Source of the DNA: Leucoraja erinacea
Lineage: Eukaryota
Length of the DNA: 64,000 nt
Assembly (NCBI RefSeq): GCF_028641065.1
Contig: NC_073405.1
Coordinates: 20,398,001 to 20,462,000, forward strand
Direction of reading: 5' to 3'
Shown: one piece after another, positions 48,561-62,060 of the stretch
Position numbering within the stretch: position 1 is the first letter of the stretch
Layout of the letters: every line of letters begins with the position of its first letter
Notes under the pieces: generated by a model
What the model saw: the letters and a program-made list of their open reading frames with translations, nothing else
The model's database searches: none
Told to the model about the DNA's origin: nothing
Translations under genes and position numbers: made by a program

Positions 48561-51500
48561 AACACCACAACTTTTAGACTTTCTTTCCTGCCTTAGGAAC
48601 ATAAAACAGAAGAGCTGGCCCACGATATCCATGCCGTACATGATACCAAGTTAAACTAATCTCATCTGCCTGTGCAGGATCCATACCCCTCCATTACCTG
48701 CATATTCCCATGCCTGCCTAACAGCCTCTTAAATGCCACTATCGTATCTCCCTCTGCCACCACTCCATGCATCCACTACCCTATGTGTAAAAAAAATTGG
48801 CCTGCACATCTCTTTTAAATTTTACCACCCTTACCTATAAAGCTAGTCTTTGACATTTGCACCTTGCGGGAAAAAAGCTTTGACCATCTACCCTATCTAT
48901 GCCTCTCATAATGTTATATAATTTTATCAAGGTTTCCCTCAACCTCTGGCATTCCAGAGAAAAGAATACAAGTTTGTCCAACCCCTCCTTGTAGCTAATA
49001 CCCTCAAACCCAGGCAGCATTCTGATAAATGTAGAAACAAAGAACTGCAGATGCTGGTTTATACCAAAGGCAGACACAATGTGCTGGAGTAACTCAGCAG
49101 ATCAGGCAGCTTCTTTGTAGAAAAAGGATAGGCGATGTCTTGGGTTGGGAACCTTCTTCAGAGTCTCTAAAAGTCTGAAGAAGGGTCCCAACCCAAAACC
49201 ACACCTACAGTATACTTTTTCTCCAGAGATGGTGCATGGCCCGTGGCGTTACTCCAGCACTCTGTGTCTATCTTTAGCATTTTGATAAACCTCCTCCACA
49301 GTCTCTCCAAAGCCTCCACATCCTTCCTCAAAATGGGCAACCAGAAATGAGCACAATCCTCCAAATGTGGAATAGCCAAAGTCCTACAGAGCTGCATCAT
49401 GACTTCCTGACTCTTGTACTCAATGCCATGACCCATGAAGGGTGAGCAATTGACACAACTTCTTCACCACTATCTCCTTATGCTGCCATTCAAGGAGTTC
49501 TTGGACCCCAAGATCCCACTTTACATCAATGCTACAAGGCTTTGCCACCAACTGCTCCCTGACAGGAGTTACAGGTGTGTTGGTTTATTTGTAAAGTTCC
49601 AACTGGAATATTTATTCTTTCAAGAAAGGAATGTTTTTATCCTTCTCCAGTGTATCCGATGCTCAGGGAGCATTTTTCGATTCTTCAGAAAAAATATGCG
49701 GAGGGGCGCAGGGTTCCGTTAATAAATGGCAAACTTGTCAAGTCAAGTGGAATTGAGTTTATTGTCATATGCACAAGTACGCTACAGGTACAATGAAAAT
49801 ATTCCTTGCAGCAGCATCACAGGCACAGAGACTCAGACCACGCTCAATAAAATTAATTATACATAAAATAGCATAAATTACGCATGTTCGGCAAGGCAGT
49901 GAAAAGAAAAAGACAGCAAAATAAAACAAATCATTGGCGCAAAACACAATTAGGAAACATTTCCATGTTACTGAAAGAGGTGATTGGTAATGACCATTGT
50001 GAGGTAGGGTTAGCGATGTGCAGGTTGGCTCAAGAACCTGATCGTTGTAGAGAAGCAGCTGTTCCTGAACCTGATAGTGTGGAACTTCAGGCTTCTGTCC
50101 CTGCTGCCCAACAGTAGCCGTGAGAAGAAGGCACGGCCTGGAAGGTGAGGATCTTGATGATAGATGCTGCTTTCTTCAAAGAAAGATCAAAGGTTGTTTA
50201 TTAGTCACATACACCAATTGGTGCAGTGAAATGTGTATTGCCAATGTGTGTATTGTATTGTATTGTAAATGTGTATTGCCAATGCAGCACATAAAAAAAG
50301 AAAACAACATAACAATAATAAAGAAATTTAACATAGAAAACATCCCCCACTATGGTTCCCATTATGAGGGAAGGCACAAAGTCCAGTCCCCATCCCCATG
50401 TCCACCCATAGTCGGGTCTATTGAGGCCTCTGCAGTCGCCTTTACGGAGGCCCGATGTTCCAGGCCGTTCTCGCTGGATGATGGTACTCCGGCAGCGGGA
50501 GAATCTTCTCAGCGGCTTGGGAAACCTGGAACAGCCGCTTCCTTACCGGAGACCGCGGCTTCCGAAGCCAACAGGCCGCGCTGGATGGAGCTCCACCACT
50601 GACGATCTCGGCAAGAGATCCCAGGCTCCCGATGTTAAAGTTCACCGCCGCCGCTGGCCACTCGACAGTCCCACAGTTCCGCGATGTTTCATCGCCGGTC
50701 CCAGCATACCGAGCCTCAGCGCGGCGACCCGGGCAAGGCATCACCCGTTCCGCTCCGCGATAGCGCTCCAGCGCTGCGCCGACGCAGAAGCCGAGGTTCT
50801 GGAAACGCTGCTCCAGGCCCGCTGGTAGGCCACGAGGACGGGTCGAAGGTGTAGCCCGGAGAAAAGCCACCTCTCTTCAACCAGGTAGGGACCCTGAAAA
50901 GCAGTCCCACCCCCCCCCCACCCCCCACATAAAAAAAGACTAGAACTCAACTAACTAAAAAATTTTTTAAACAGGAAAAAAACGGACAGCTGCAGGCTGG
51001 GCAGCCATACCCGTACAGGACGGCGCCGCCTAGCCTTGAGGCTGAGCCTGATACCTTTGATGCAGGGGAAGGCTGTGCCCGTGATGGAGCGGGCACAGCC
51101 ACCACTCTCTGCAGCCTCTTGCATTCCTGTGCATTTGAATTGCTGTACCAGGCCACGATGCAACCAGTCAGGATACTTTGTACAGTGCATCTGCAGAAGT
51201 TTGATAATCCGGTGACTTGACAAATCTTGTTACACCTCCAAGAAAGAAAGGGGGGGGGGATGGGAGGAGGGTGTTCAGGTTTTTTGGGTTACGGCCCGTG
51301 TTCCGTAGGTTGCCGAACCCTGTCCTAGATGTTTGGCCTCATTGAGGCGCTCCCCATGTTTTACAACCGATTCACCTGGTTAGTTTTATCTCCGGCTGCT
51401 TCATGTTGTCAGCGGCTGCACATCCAACCAAGAAAGAAGAGAGGAGAAGAGATGAGACGTCACTCACAGCCGCCAACTGACGCGCTTCCACAGACCGCAC

Positions 51501-51680
51501 AGATCGTTGTGACATGGCGCAAAACGACAAACTGTGCAGGGACTGAAGACAGCGTGAGAATTCTGTCATCAGCGTGAGAATTGGCTGAAATGCGTGACTC
51601 TCACGCTCAAAGCGCTCAAAGCTCAAAGCGTGAGAGTTGGCAGCCCTGTCTAAGGCCAGGATGTGACAACAGACGCACAG

Positions 51681-51860
51681 NNNNNNNNNNNNNNNNNNNN
51701 NNNNNNNNNNNNNNNNNNNNNNNNNNNNNNNNNNNNNNNNNNNNNNNNNNNNNNNNNNNNNNNNNNNNNNNNNNNNNNNNNNNNNNNNNNNNNNNNNNNN
51801 NNNNNNNNNNNNNNNNNNNNNNNNNNNNNNNNNNNNNNNNNNNNNNNNNNNNNNNNNNNN
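51681..51860. other. Assembly gap
   Basis: Run of N, next to (CA)-rich repeats. Confidence 1.
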
Positions 51861-54800
51861 TGGGGAGACACACACACACAGGGATACACACACACAGGGA
51901 GACACAGACACACACACACACACACACACAGGCACACACACACACACACACACACACAGACAGACACAGGGAGACACAGACACACACACACACAGGGAGA
52001 CACACACACACAGGGAGACACACACAGGGAGACACGCACACAGGGAGACACACACAGGGAGACACACACACACACCAGGGCTGCCAACATTGGGTGAGAG
52101 TTGGGAGTGAGAAATTGCGAGAGACCAAGCCCAAGGGAGCGTAGCGACCGTGGGGGGGGGGGGGGGGGGGGGAAGAGGGTACAAGGTGCTCCACGCCCGC
52201 TGGTAGGCCACGAGGACGGGTCGACGGGGCAGCCCGGAGAAAAAGCTGCCTCACCGACCAGGTAGGGACCTAGAAATATTGTTCCCCCCTAACCCCCACA
52301 TTAAAAAGTCTATCTCACCCACAAACAAAGCACAGGACTCAATAAAACTACAAAAAAAAAGTGAATTAAATGGACGGCTGCTGGTTAGCAGCCGTTCCCC
52401 AAGATGGCTCCTCCATCTTTTAAACTTTCCCTCTGACCTAAAAGCTATGCCCTCCAGTCTTTGACATTTGCCCCCTGGGAATATAGATCTGACTGTCCAC
52501 CCCTGCCTCCTTTAAACTTTGCACCCCCATCCCCCTCCCCCCCCCCCCCCCCCCCCCCCCCCCACCCCCCCCAGGGAAGGCACAATCCCCCCTCCCCCCC
52601 TCCCCCCTCAGCTTAAAGCCATGTTCTCCAGTGTTTGATATTTGCATCCTGGATCTCCCAAGTATGGCACTAGTGTGGGAAGAAATCGGGTCTAAGACAC
52701 CTTGTAGAAGGATGTCATAGATATCCATGATCATATTGAATGGCGTTGCAGGCTCGAAGGGCCGAATGGCCTACTCCTGCACCTAATTTCTATGTTTCTA
52801 TATATAGAAACATAGAAAATAGGTGCAGGAGGAGGTCATTCGGCCCTTCGAGCCAGCACCGCCATTCATTGTGATCATTCTTGGCTGATCGTCCCCAATC
52901 AATAACCCGTGCCTGCCTTCTCCCCATATCCCTTGATTCCACTAGCCCCTAGAGCTCTATCTAATTCTCTCTTAAATCCATCCAGTGATTTGGCCTCCAC
53001 TGCCCTCTGTGGCAGGGAATGCCACAAATTCACAACCCTCTGGGTGAAAACGTTTTTTCGCGACTTAGTCTTAAATGGCCTCCCCTTTATTCTAAGTCTG
53101 TGGCCCCTGATTCTGGAACTGTTGCTGTCCGCTCTCGTACAACAGGTCCCAAGTTTTTGTCAAAAGGACTAGGTTACAGAGTTAATTCCTTAGCCTGTCA
53201 CCATCCAAACAGTTAGACCCAGAGCAGTAGGAACTGCCCACATTCAGGTGTTTACCCAAAGCCGCATTCTCGGCGAAAACAAAGAATCCTATCCTTTTGT
53301 AATATCTGGTAAATCACAGCCTAGAGATGGGATGCCCCTGACAGTGCAGTTTGTGCCCAAGGCGATGAGAAACCTCGCCCAACTGGCTCTCCCACAACTG
53401 CAAGAGGAAGAGGTCTGAGCCAGTTCCCCTCATTAACATCACAACAGGATTCACATTCCGAAAAACAGGTGAAATCCCGGTAATGCTCACCTTTCACACG
53501 CTCAGTCTACCCCACGGTAGAGCTGTCAGTCACTCTTACACCATAGTACGTGGCCATTCATCCCATCGGATCACTCAATAGACAATAGGTGCAGGAGTAG
53601 GCCATTCGGCCCTTCGAGCCAGCACCGCCATTCAATGTGATCACGGCTGATCATCCCCAATCAGTACCCCGTTCCTGGCCTTTTAAAGGAGCATTCATTT
53701 AACTTGTCACTCGTCCTTCCTCCACCTCATCATTCCCCTCCTCCTCCTCTTCTCTCCTCCTCACATTCCTTCCCACCTACCTTTTCATTTCACTGTCTAC
53801 GCGCTTACCCTTTCACCATCTTTTCTGTTCTTTCTCTTCTCCTATCCCTGCCCTCCCTTCATTCACTGATCCTCTCTTTCTCTTCATCGTCCTCACTTCT
53901 TCTTTCCCTCTCTTCTCCAACCTTCTACATTCATACTCCCACATTTGTCCTCCCTCCCAAAGTTACCTTCCTCCACAATGCCCCATCCTCACACCATCTT
54001 CTGCACCTCCCTCTTTCCTCTCTCCTGCCCAGGTCTCCCCTTCCTCCATTCCTTCACCGCTCATTTCTTTGCACCTCTGTAACATTTGACATGTTATATG
54101 CAACTTTGCTGAGCTTCTTGATGCCTGTAACCCCGTGGTCAGCAGCTGTATCAATGTTTGTGTCATTGACATTAATTTCAATGTTAAAACCGCAGCATTT
54201 TCTATTCTTCCCCCAGCGCTGTGCTCCTAAGAATACTCATCGACTTCATCCCTGTTCAATCCTCAGTTTAATGTTACCTGCTCACTGGCTTCAGTCTTAC
54301 CCACTGATGCCAGGTGTCCATCGTTCTGCAGTTGAAGTACTTCACTGCTCTCGGCTGGTATGTTTGCCTTACATGATCACTAGTCATTCCTGGCTGATTT
54401 TTCCTCCTTTTTAACATAGAACAGTACAGGCACAGACTCAACAGGTCAGCCCACATCTCTGGAGAACATGGATAGGTGACTTTTCAGTTCGGGACCCTTC
54501 TTCAGACTATTTGTATTGGGGAGGAGGGGGGAAGAAAGCTGGAAGAGAGGAGGCTGGACATAGCATGGCAGGGGATTGGTGAACACAAGTAAGGGAGGTT
54601 TCAATAGGCGGATGGTTGGACAGAAAAGGCCTGGGATGAAAAAACAAAAGGTGTGAGACAAAAACTTTAGTTTTTAAGAGGGAATTGGATTTAGCTGTTA
54701 GGGCTAAAGGAATCACGGGATATGGGGAAATAGCAGGAACGGGGTACTGATTTTAGATGATCAGCCATGATCATATTGAAAGGCGGTGCTGGCTCGAAGG

Positions 54801-54877
54801 ACCAAATGGCCTACTCCTCCACCTATTTTTCTATGTTCTATGTTTCTAAAAGAATTCAAAAGGATTGAAGAGTTGTG

Positions 54878-55010
54878 AGTCTGAAGAAGGGTCCCGACCC
54901 GAAACGTCACCTATCGATGTTCTCCAGAGATGCTGCCTGACCCGCTGAGTTACTCCAGCACTTTGTGTGTCTTTTTTTTGTAAGCCAGAATCTGCAGTTC
55001 TTTGTTTCTA
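54878..55010 (+). repeat. Penelope-derived pLTR repeat with an intact minimal hammerhead core (representative of many copies)
   Basis: CTGAAGA-A-GGGTC-CC-GACCC-GAAAC-GTC at 54881-54908. Confidence 0.65.
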
Positions 55011-57046
55011 CATGGACCAATACAGCACAGGAAGAAGCCCTTTGGCCCACAATGTCCATGCCGAACATAATGCCAAAGTAATTATGTGAGGCATGCACAT
55101 AATCCAAACTTGCCCACTTTGATCAAGCTTTAGTTCCTCATACTGCTGTTATTTCCTCACAGATGCCATCAAAACCGGCCTTAGGCATGGTACAGGTACT
55201 TCAGCATTTTTAGACGGCATCTCATCTTGGGGTGTTCCGTAGTTTAGACTGAACTTGTAAACAAACCTCCACTGCAGCACACGTTTCCAGAAGGTTCTGA
55301 GGTCAAGCCGCACACAATCGACTCTGACACCAGCGACTTCACTCTTATTGATGTTCTAAGTGAAGGAAGTAACGGGACTGTGCGCAAACTCAGTGTGGCT
55401 TTGTGGCGGGGAAATGCGAGATTTAGCAGGATGCAGCAAGCAGGGTTAACGAAGGGGACCCAGCAGATGAAGTATATCTAGATATCTGGAAGGCATTCAC
55501 CACGTGAAGGGATGTGAAGACCACTTTAACGTTTGTGAAGCTAAGCACAGCAGAGGTGAAATCAATAGAGCATGGATTTTCCTTAAACAGACACAAAGTG
55601 CTGGAGTAACACAGCAGGTCAGGCAGCAACTCTGGAGAATGTGGATAGGTGACGTTTCGGGTGGGGATTCTTCTTCAGACTCCTAGTCTTAGTCTGAAGA
55701 TGGATCCCGATCTGAAATGTCACCTGGAAAATGACTTGGTATTCCTACTCAAAGTGAAACACTAAAATAAACTGAACTGAACTAAACTACTTGTCCGCCT
55801 GTCATGCTCAATCCAGAGTAGAAATAAGGAACTGCAGATGCATATTTTACAACAAAAAAAGGACACAAAGTGCTGGAGTAAGTCAGCGGGTCAGGCAGCA
55901 TCTTTGGAGAACATGGATAGATGACGTTTCGTGCAGCTCCCAAGTGAGTGTCGTGGCGTTTTTAACGGCGGACTGGTCGCCTTCTGAGCGCAAATATCAT
56001 CAAATCAATCAAAACACAAGATGAAACTTTCAGTGCACACACTTTAATGAATGTCATTTCAGCCGCATTAGTTAGCATCAGTACAACAGCACAAATACTG
56101 ATAGTGGCTTCTCCGCCCTGGTTTCCTAGTATCCAACAACGCTGGGCCTCCCGGCAGCTGCTCAGAGGGTCCTGACCATTGACGAAGGGAGCCTCGACTA
56201 CATCTCAAGGTGTCGGGCGAGTGAGGACTGAGGGTTGGAATGGTGGGGGGAGGTGAGGGGGATGGGGCCCATTTCCGCAGGACACTGTCTGAGGGGGGGT
56301 GGGGAGTGGGCGAGCATCCTTTTCATGCTGTTCCATCCACCCACCTGAACCCACACTCAGGATCCTGTCTGAGCCCACACACACACACCCATTGTAGCCG
56401 GGTAATACCCAACGGGCTCCTCACCAGCTGCATTCACCCACTGTGGATGACTGGCCCATCTCTTCTCATCCCAGCCGTCCCGTCACCCACACCACCTCCC
56501 CCTGCCCGTTCCCTTACCCCCTCACTAGCACTCCCTCGACTCCTGCTCCCTCAGCCTTCCGTCACCCTCTCACCCCTCCATCAACGCTTTCCCCTCACCA
56601 CCATCCCCAGTGTGGCAGGAAAATCCAAGATTTACGAGGGTGGTTGAAGGGGAACCAGTAGAACAGATTACAACGGGTATCTGAGGGAGACCTTTATCAC
56701 CTAGAGTGGTGAGTACCTGGAACACACTGGCAGAGAGAGAGAGTAGCAGAGGCACAGTCACTGACCATTTCAGAAGTCTCGAGCCAAATACTTAAACCAA
56801 CCAGGTGGACAACACCGTAAACCAAGTGGATGAGTGCCCACTGGTCAGTGTGGATGTGCTGGGCTGAATGGCCTGTCTCCATGCTGTATAACTCTGACGG
56901 TGATGTATCAGTCATTGGCTCCTCCCCGAGTTCCTCTGCTGGGAAATTCAGGACCTATTGAGGAAGCTGTGGGAGTTGTCGGTCTGACCAGGATAACGGA
57001 CCACCATCGTCCTGGATGATCTCCTGTTGATCGGTGGGTTGTACCG

Positions 57047-57089
<43 letters not shown>

Positions 57090-58292
57090 CCAGCCCCAGC
57101 CCCGCAGACAGTGTGTGGTGGAGCATCCTTGCTGGGCTCTCTCGTTGTCTCTGATTGTGGATCCTCTGGAGATGGAGCAGGGGTTGGACACAAAATGCTG
57201 GAGTAACTCAGCGGGACAGGCAGCGTCTCTGGAGAGAAGGAATGGGTGACATGTCGGGTCGAGACCTTTCATCAGCCTGAAGAAGGGTCTCGATCCGAAA
57301 CGTCACCCATTCATTCCTTCTCTCCAGAGACGTTGCCTGTCCCGCTGAGTTACTCCAGCATTTTGTCTCTAACTTCACTTTAAACCAGCCTTGCTGGGGT
57401 CTCTCGTTGTCCTCTGCGTGTGAGGTTGGGAGGGAGCTGGTGAGCAGAGACAGGGCGTGGCCGGTTCAATCCCCGCTCCCCGATGTCGTCGCTCAACGCT
57501 GCTTCAGCGGCTTCTGGCGAGACCGGGTCAGAGACTCGTGACCTCTCAGCGAGCGCTAGAACAGGGTCTGGCAAGTTGCCGCCCGCAAGTCCTCCACTGC
57601 TCGGGTCACCGGGCGATGGTCCACGGCGAACTCAAGATCACCTCGTCTCCACCGCTGGCCCTGGAGAAGCTTCACCGGGTGGCAGTCCCACCTTCCGTTC
57701 ACAAATACTCCTCCGTGTATGAGGCGATCCATCCCCACCAGCGGCTCCGGCCTTGCAGCCCCCTCCTCACGTCTGTGGAACAAGCAGGTTGTTCTGTTAC
57801 AGGGAGGTTTCAGCAGATACTCACCCCCCTCACCTTCACCCTTCGGCCTGTCCCATCACCTCTCCCCACCACTCACCGCAACCATCAACTCCTCCCCCTC
57901 CTCATCACTCACCTCACCCCCACCATTCACCATTTGAATCGCCCCCTCATCTGTCCCCTCGCCCCCGCCTCCATCATTCACCCTCCCCATCGCCACCTCA
58001 TCCTCCCATCCCCATTACTCTCTCACCCTCACTCTTTAACCTCTCCCATCACCCCCTCACTGTCTCGGTCACTCACCCCTCCTTCTCACCTTGCCCATCA
58101 ACACCGCACACTCACCCCTCTGTCCTCCCATCACCCTCTCACCCCTTCCCCTATAGTCCCCTCCATCACACCCACCTCACCAACACTTTGCTCCTCACTC
58201 GCCGCTCACTCACTACTCCTCATCCCTTCCCCTCCATTAACTCCCACTTCCATGTCCATACCTCCCTACTGTCCACCCGGCCCCCTTTTTAA

Positions 58293-58505
58293 TGCCCCTG
58301 TCCCACTTAGGAAACCTGAACGGAAACCTCTGGAGACTTTGCGCCCCACCCAAGGTTTCCGTGCGGTTCCCGGAGGTTTTTGTCAGTCTCCCTACCTGCA
58401 ACCTCCGGCAACCACCTGCAACCTCCGGGAACTGCACGGAAACCTTGGGTGGGGCGCAAAGTCTCCAGAGGTTTCCGTTCAGGTTTCCTAAGTGGGACAG
58501 GGGCA
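58293..58505. mobile_element. PIF/Harbinger-type palindromic MITE
   Basis: TGCCCCTGTCCCACT...AGTGGGACAGGGGCA with ~85-bp arms. TAA TSD at 58290-58292 and 58506-58508. Confidence 0.9.
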
Positions 58506-60475
58506 TAACTAACCTCTCCAGTCCCTGTCACTACTCCGGCTTTCTCTTCCCCCACCAGACTTCCCCAGCTAATCCAAACCTCCTCATCCGCATCCACCTA
58601 TCACTCTACCCCCTCTATCCTCTCCTCACCTCGGTTTACTGGCCGTCTCCCCCCTACTATTTCAGCCCAGATGAAGGGTCCTGACCTGAAATGTTAACCG
58701 TCCATTTTCCCTCCACAGATGCTGCCTGACCAGCACTTTTGTTACTCTATTTCTCTATTTCTCCTCAAATTCCCTCAACCACCCTCCCAACCCACTCGCA
58801 TCCCAGGAACCAGGCCAGTGCATCCTCACTGAAATCGCTCCAAGGAAGCTATATCCCTTCCAACTAAGTACTAAGTAGTACTACTAAGTATCCCTTCCCA
58901 CTAAGTAACAAAACTCTAATGATGCACAGTATCACAGGGATAGTCCCTGTAAGGCCCAATGACGTTGCACATCTTGTACCGAAAACCTGTGTAACAAAGG
59001 CCCACACCCAGCTTGACTCCCTAAATGCTTGGAAAGATGACTCAAAATGCTGGAGTAACTCAGCAGGGTCGGGCAGCATTTCTGGAGAAAATGGATAGGT
59101 GACGTCTGGGCTTGGAAGGTAGGCTAACATTTTTATTCAGAGCAAAGCAGAGTGCTGAAAGGACTCCTCACCGTCAACTCCCACTTCCCACAGGGTGGTG
59201 GGTAGATGGAACAAGCTGCCAGAGGAAGTAGTTGAGGCAGGGACTATCCCAACATTTAAGAAGCAGTTAGACAGGTACATGGATAGAGGACAAGTTTGGA
59301 GCGATATGGACCAAATGCTGGTAGGTGGGACCAGTGAAGCTGGGACATGTTGGTCAATGTGGGCAAGTTGGGTCAAAGGGCCTGCTTCCACACTGTATCA
59401 CTCTATGACTCTAATTCAGCAAGCCGGGCAACATCTGTGGAGGAAATGGACCATTTCAGGTCGGGACCCTTCCCTGACCCTAAACGTTACCTATCTATTC
59501 CTTCTACAGATGCTACCCCTTGCCGTGCTGCCATCCAGCTACACGAGAGGCAACCTGCAGCGGCCATTTAACCCACCAACCCACATGTCTTTGGGCCGTG
59601 GGAGGAAACCAGAGCACCCAGAGAAAACCCACGTGGTCACAGTGAGAATGTGCAAACTCCCCATAAATGGCACCAGAGGTCAGGGTTGGTTCTAGGTCTC
59701 TGCAGCAGTGAGGCAGCAATGCTTCCGACTGCCACGTTCTTCAGACTCGACCCGAAAGGTCACCTATTAATTTTCTCCAGAGATGCTGCATGACCCGTTG
59801 ACTTACTCCATTACTTTGTGTCCTTTTGTGTATTAATCAGCAACTACAGTTCCTTGCTTCTGCCACACATTGAGTACTGTTTTTACACATACACTGGGCT
59901 CTTCAGTTCCTCCCCAGACCCTTAGATCTCCACAATTTCTGTTTTCCTGCTCTCCGTCTTAAGTGCTAACCTTTTACTTTTAAGCAGTGACCCTCGTTTT
60001 AGATTCTTCACATTTGCCCTGTGAAAATCCCTCTGTAACTCAGTCCTGCATTAACCTGGGCTGGTACAAGCTGGGCCAGTACAAGCCAGGCCAGTACAGT
60101 GGGCTCCGAGGCTGTTGGAAGCAGCTCTATATTTGCTGCCTCCTTACTGCAATAGAGGATCAGGGTAAGGGTGAGGTGAGGATGGGGGTGGGAGGATGGT
60201 GAGAGTGCGGGTCGGAGGGAGGGTGAGTGTGGGAGTAAGGATTGAAGTGAGGGAGAGAATGATAGTAAGGGTGAGGATGAGGGTGAGTGAGGGTGCAGAT
60301 GCCCTCAATATTCATCAGGACTCCCGATGCTCCCATTACACACAGGGACAGAAATAACCCATTCAGCCCATCGAGCTTACTCCGTTATTCAATCACGGCT
60401 GAACAATCTTTCTTCCTCAACCCCGTTCTCCTGCCTTCTCCCGGAACCTTTGATGCTGCCGACGGATGCATCACC

Positions 60476-60775
60476 TTAGTGGGGACGAGGCGGACTCACC
60501 CTGGATGGTTTTGGGTGACTGTCCTTCACCAACAGGAGAACTGCCCCCGAGGTGATGCGATTCCCTTCCAGCGTCTCGTTCTCTCCCAGCTTCCGACCTT
60601 TGTAAGTGAAGTCCATCTTCCAGGAGGTGATTCCCTGCTTCACCAGGTGAAGACGGATCTGCTTCATCGTGTCGTTTGGCTTCACCTTGACCAAGACCAG
60701 CTCCTGACCATCCGGGTGCAACACCCCGACCTCTGTCTTGGCCCAGTGAGGGAACAGCTTCAGCACTGTGTGCAT
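60476..60775 (-). CDS. TINCR: TINCR ubiquitin-domain-containing microprotein (pTINCR/TUBL)-like. Probably spliced after codon 92
   Basis: ATG at 60775. Ubiquitin-like fold pattern. 'VKPNDT...LVKQGITSWK..F.Y..RKL...GAVLLLVKD' matches human pTINCR as recalled ('VRPRDT...LVGQGVSSWK..FYY..RRL...GSVLLLVSD'). AGG|GTGAGT donor at 60500|60499. Confidence 0.8.
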   Translation of the reverse strand: MHTVLKLFPHWAKTEVGVLHPDGQELVLVKVKPNDTMKQIRLHLVKQGITSWKMDFTYKGRKLGENETLEGNRITSGAVLLLVKDSHPKPSRVSPPRPH

Positions 60776-61869
60776 TCCAGCCCTGTATTGCTCAACCCAG
60801 CCACAGCCTCGTCGATGCAGGTGTCCGTCCTGGCCAGAGGTACAATGTGTGGCTCTGTTCTGCTGCAGCGATGTCGACCGAGAGGGTTGATTGTTTCACT
60901 GTGACAAATGAGCACCCTCCCTCCCCCCTCGAATGACGCATCGCAACCCGGACCTGGCTGGGAACTGGTTCTGCAGCATTCTCCAGCACTCACTCCGCAC
61001 CCACGCCCCTGTGCATTAAACAAGTCAAGTCAAGTCAAGTTTATTCGTCTCATACACATACGAGATGTGCAGTGAAATGAAAAGTGGCAATGCTCGCAGA
61101 CTTTGTGCAAAAAGACAAACAAACAACTAACCAAACTACAAACAGAATGTAACAGAATCACATACAAAGTTCGCACCAACTACAAGTATAAGGTGCAACA
61201 GGACTGACAAGAAATGGTTTCAGGACCTGGTAGGGGGGGATGAAAAATACGAAGTTGGTATATCCATTCCAGCTGTTTTCTTAACATAGCTTTTGTTTCA
61301 TTTTCTCTTTTTTTCTTTTCTACGGCCTATTTCTTAACTTTTTTCTCTAACTCTTCGCGTTATGGGTCTTTTTACTTGATCACTTTTTCACACACTCACG
61401 ATTCTAGCTCACTTTCTTTACCTTTTTCTCTTTTTAAAGCTTAAAAAATGAAAAGTGGTACAAGAAATGTATTGTTATATTTGGCTTGTATTATTGTAAT
61501 GTACTTTACTTCTAATAAATAAAATTTAAAAAAAAATTTAAAAAAAGCTCACACCAGCAGCCACCTGACTGAGTACAGCCCAGGAGAGTGATGGCTGCAG
61601 TCTGGGACAACCCACGGTTGAGCAGATTCTGTAGACGACAACAAAACTCTGTAAGAAGGAACTGCAGACGCTGGTTTGTACCAGCGACAGACACAAGATG
61701 CTGGAGTAACTCAGTGGGTCAGGCGGGCAGCATCTCTGGTGAAAAGGAATGGGTGACGTTTCGGGTCCAAAACACCACTTCAGACTGAAGGATAGAGGCC
61801 AGAACATAATAGGATCTAGGGCCAGCAACAGATGACCTCAGGAAGGGTGGAAGGTGTGTCTGCCCAAAC

Positions 61870-62060
61870 CTTGCACAAAACTCAGAGACCACCACAACAA
61901 CCCTATCGGAAACTTGGATAGCACCATGACAACCCTATGGCAACTGTGATAGCATCATGATAACCCACAACAGCTGGGATAATACAATAACTCCATGGCA
62001 ACTCGGAAAGCACCACAACTGCCCCACAGCAACCAGGGCAAGAAACACAACACCACCTTA
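61870..62060. repeat. ~30-bp degenerate tandem repeat (caccatgacaaccctatggcaac...)
   Basis: About 6 diverged units are visible. Confidence 0.6.

Noticed and set aside
57556-57783. 75-aa ORF as an in-frame second coding exon of the TINCR-like gene
   Set aside because: It needs a phase-2 junction, but the canonical donor is phase 0, which gives Thr followed by a stop.
57457-58491. 344-aa plus-strand ORF (and similarly 53704..54414)
   Set aside because: Low-complexity C/T-rich sequence plus a MITE, non-ATG starts, no domain.
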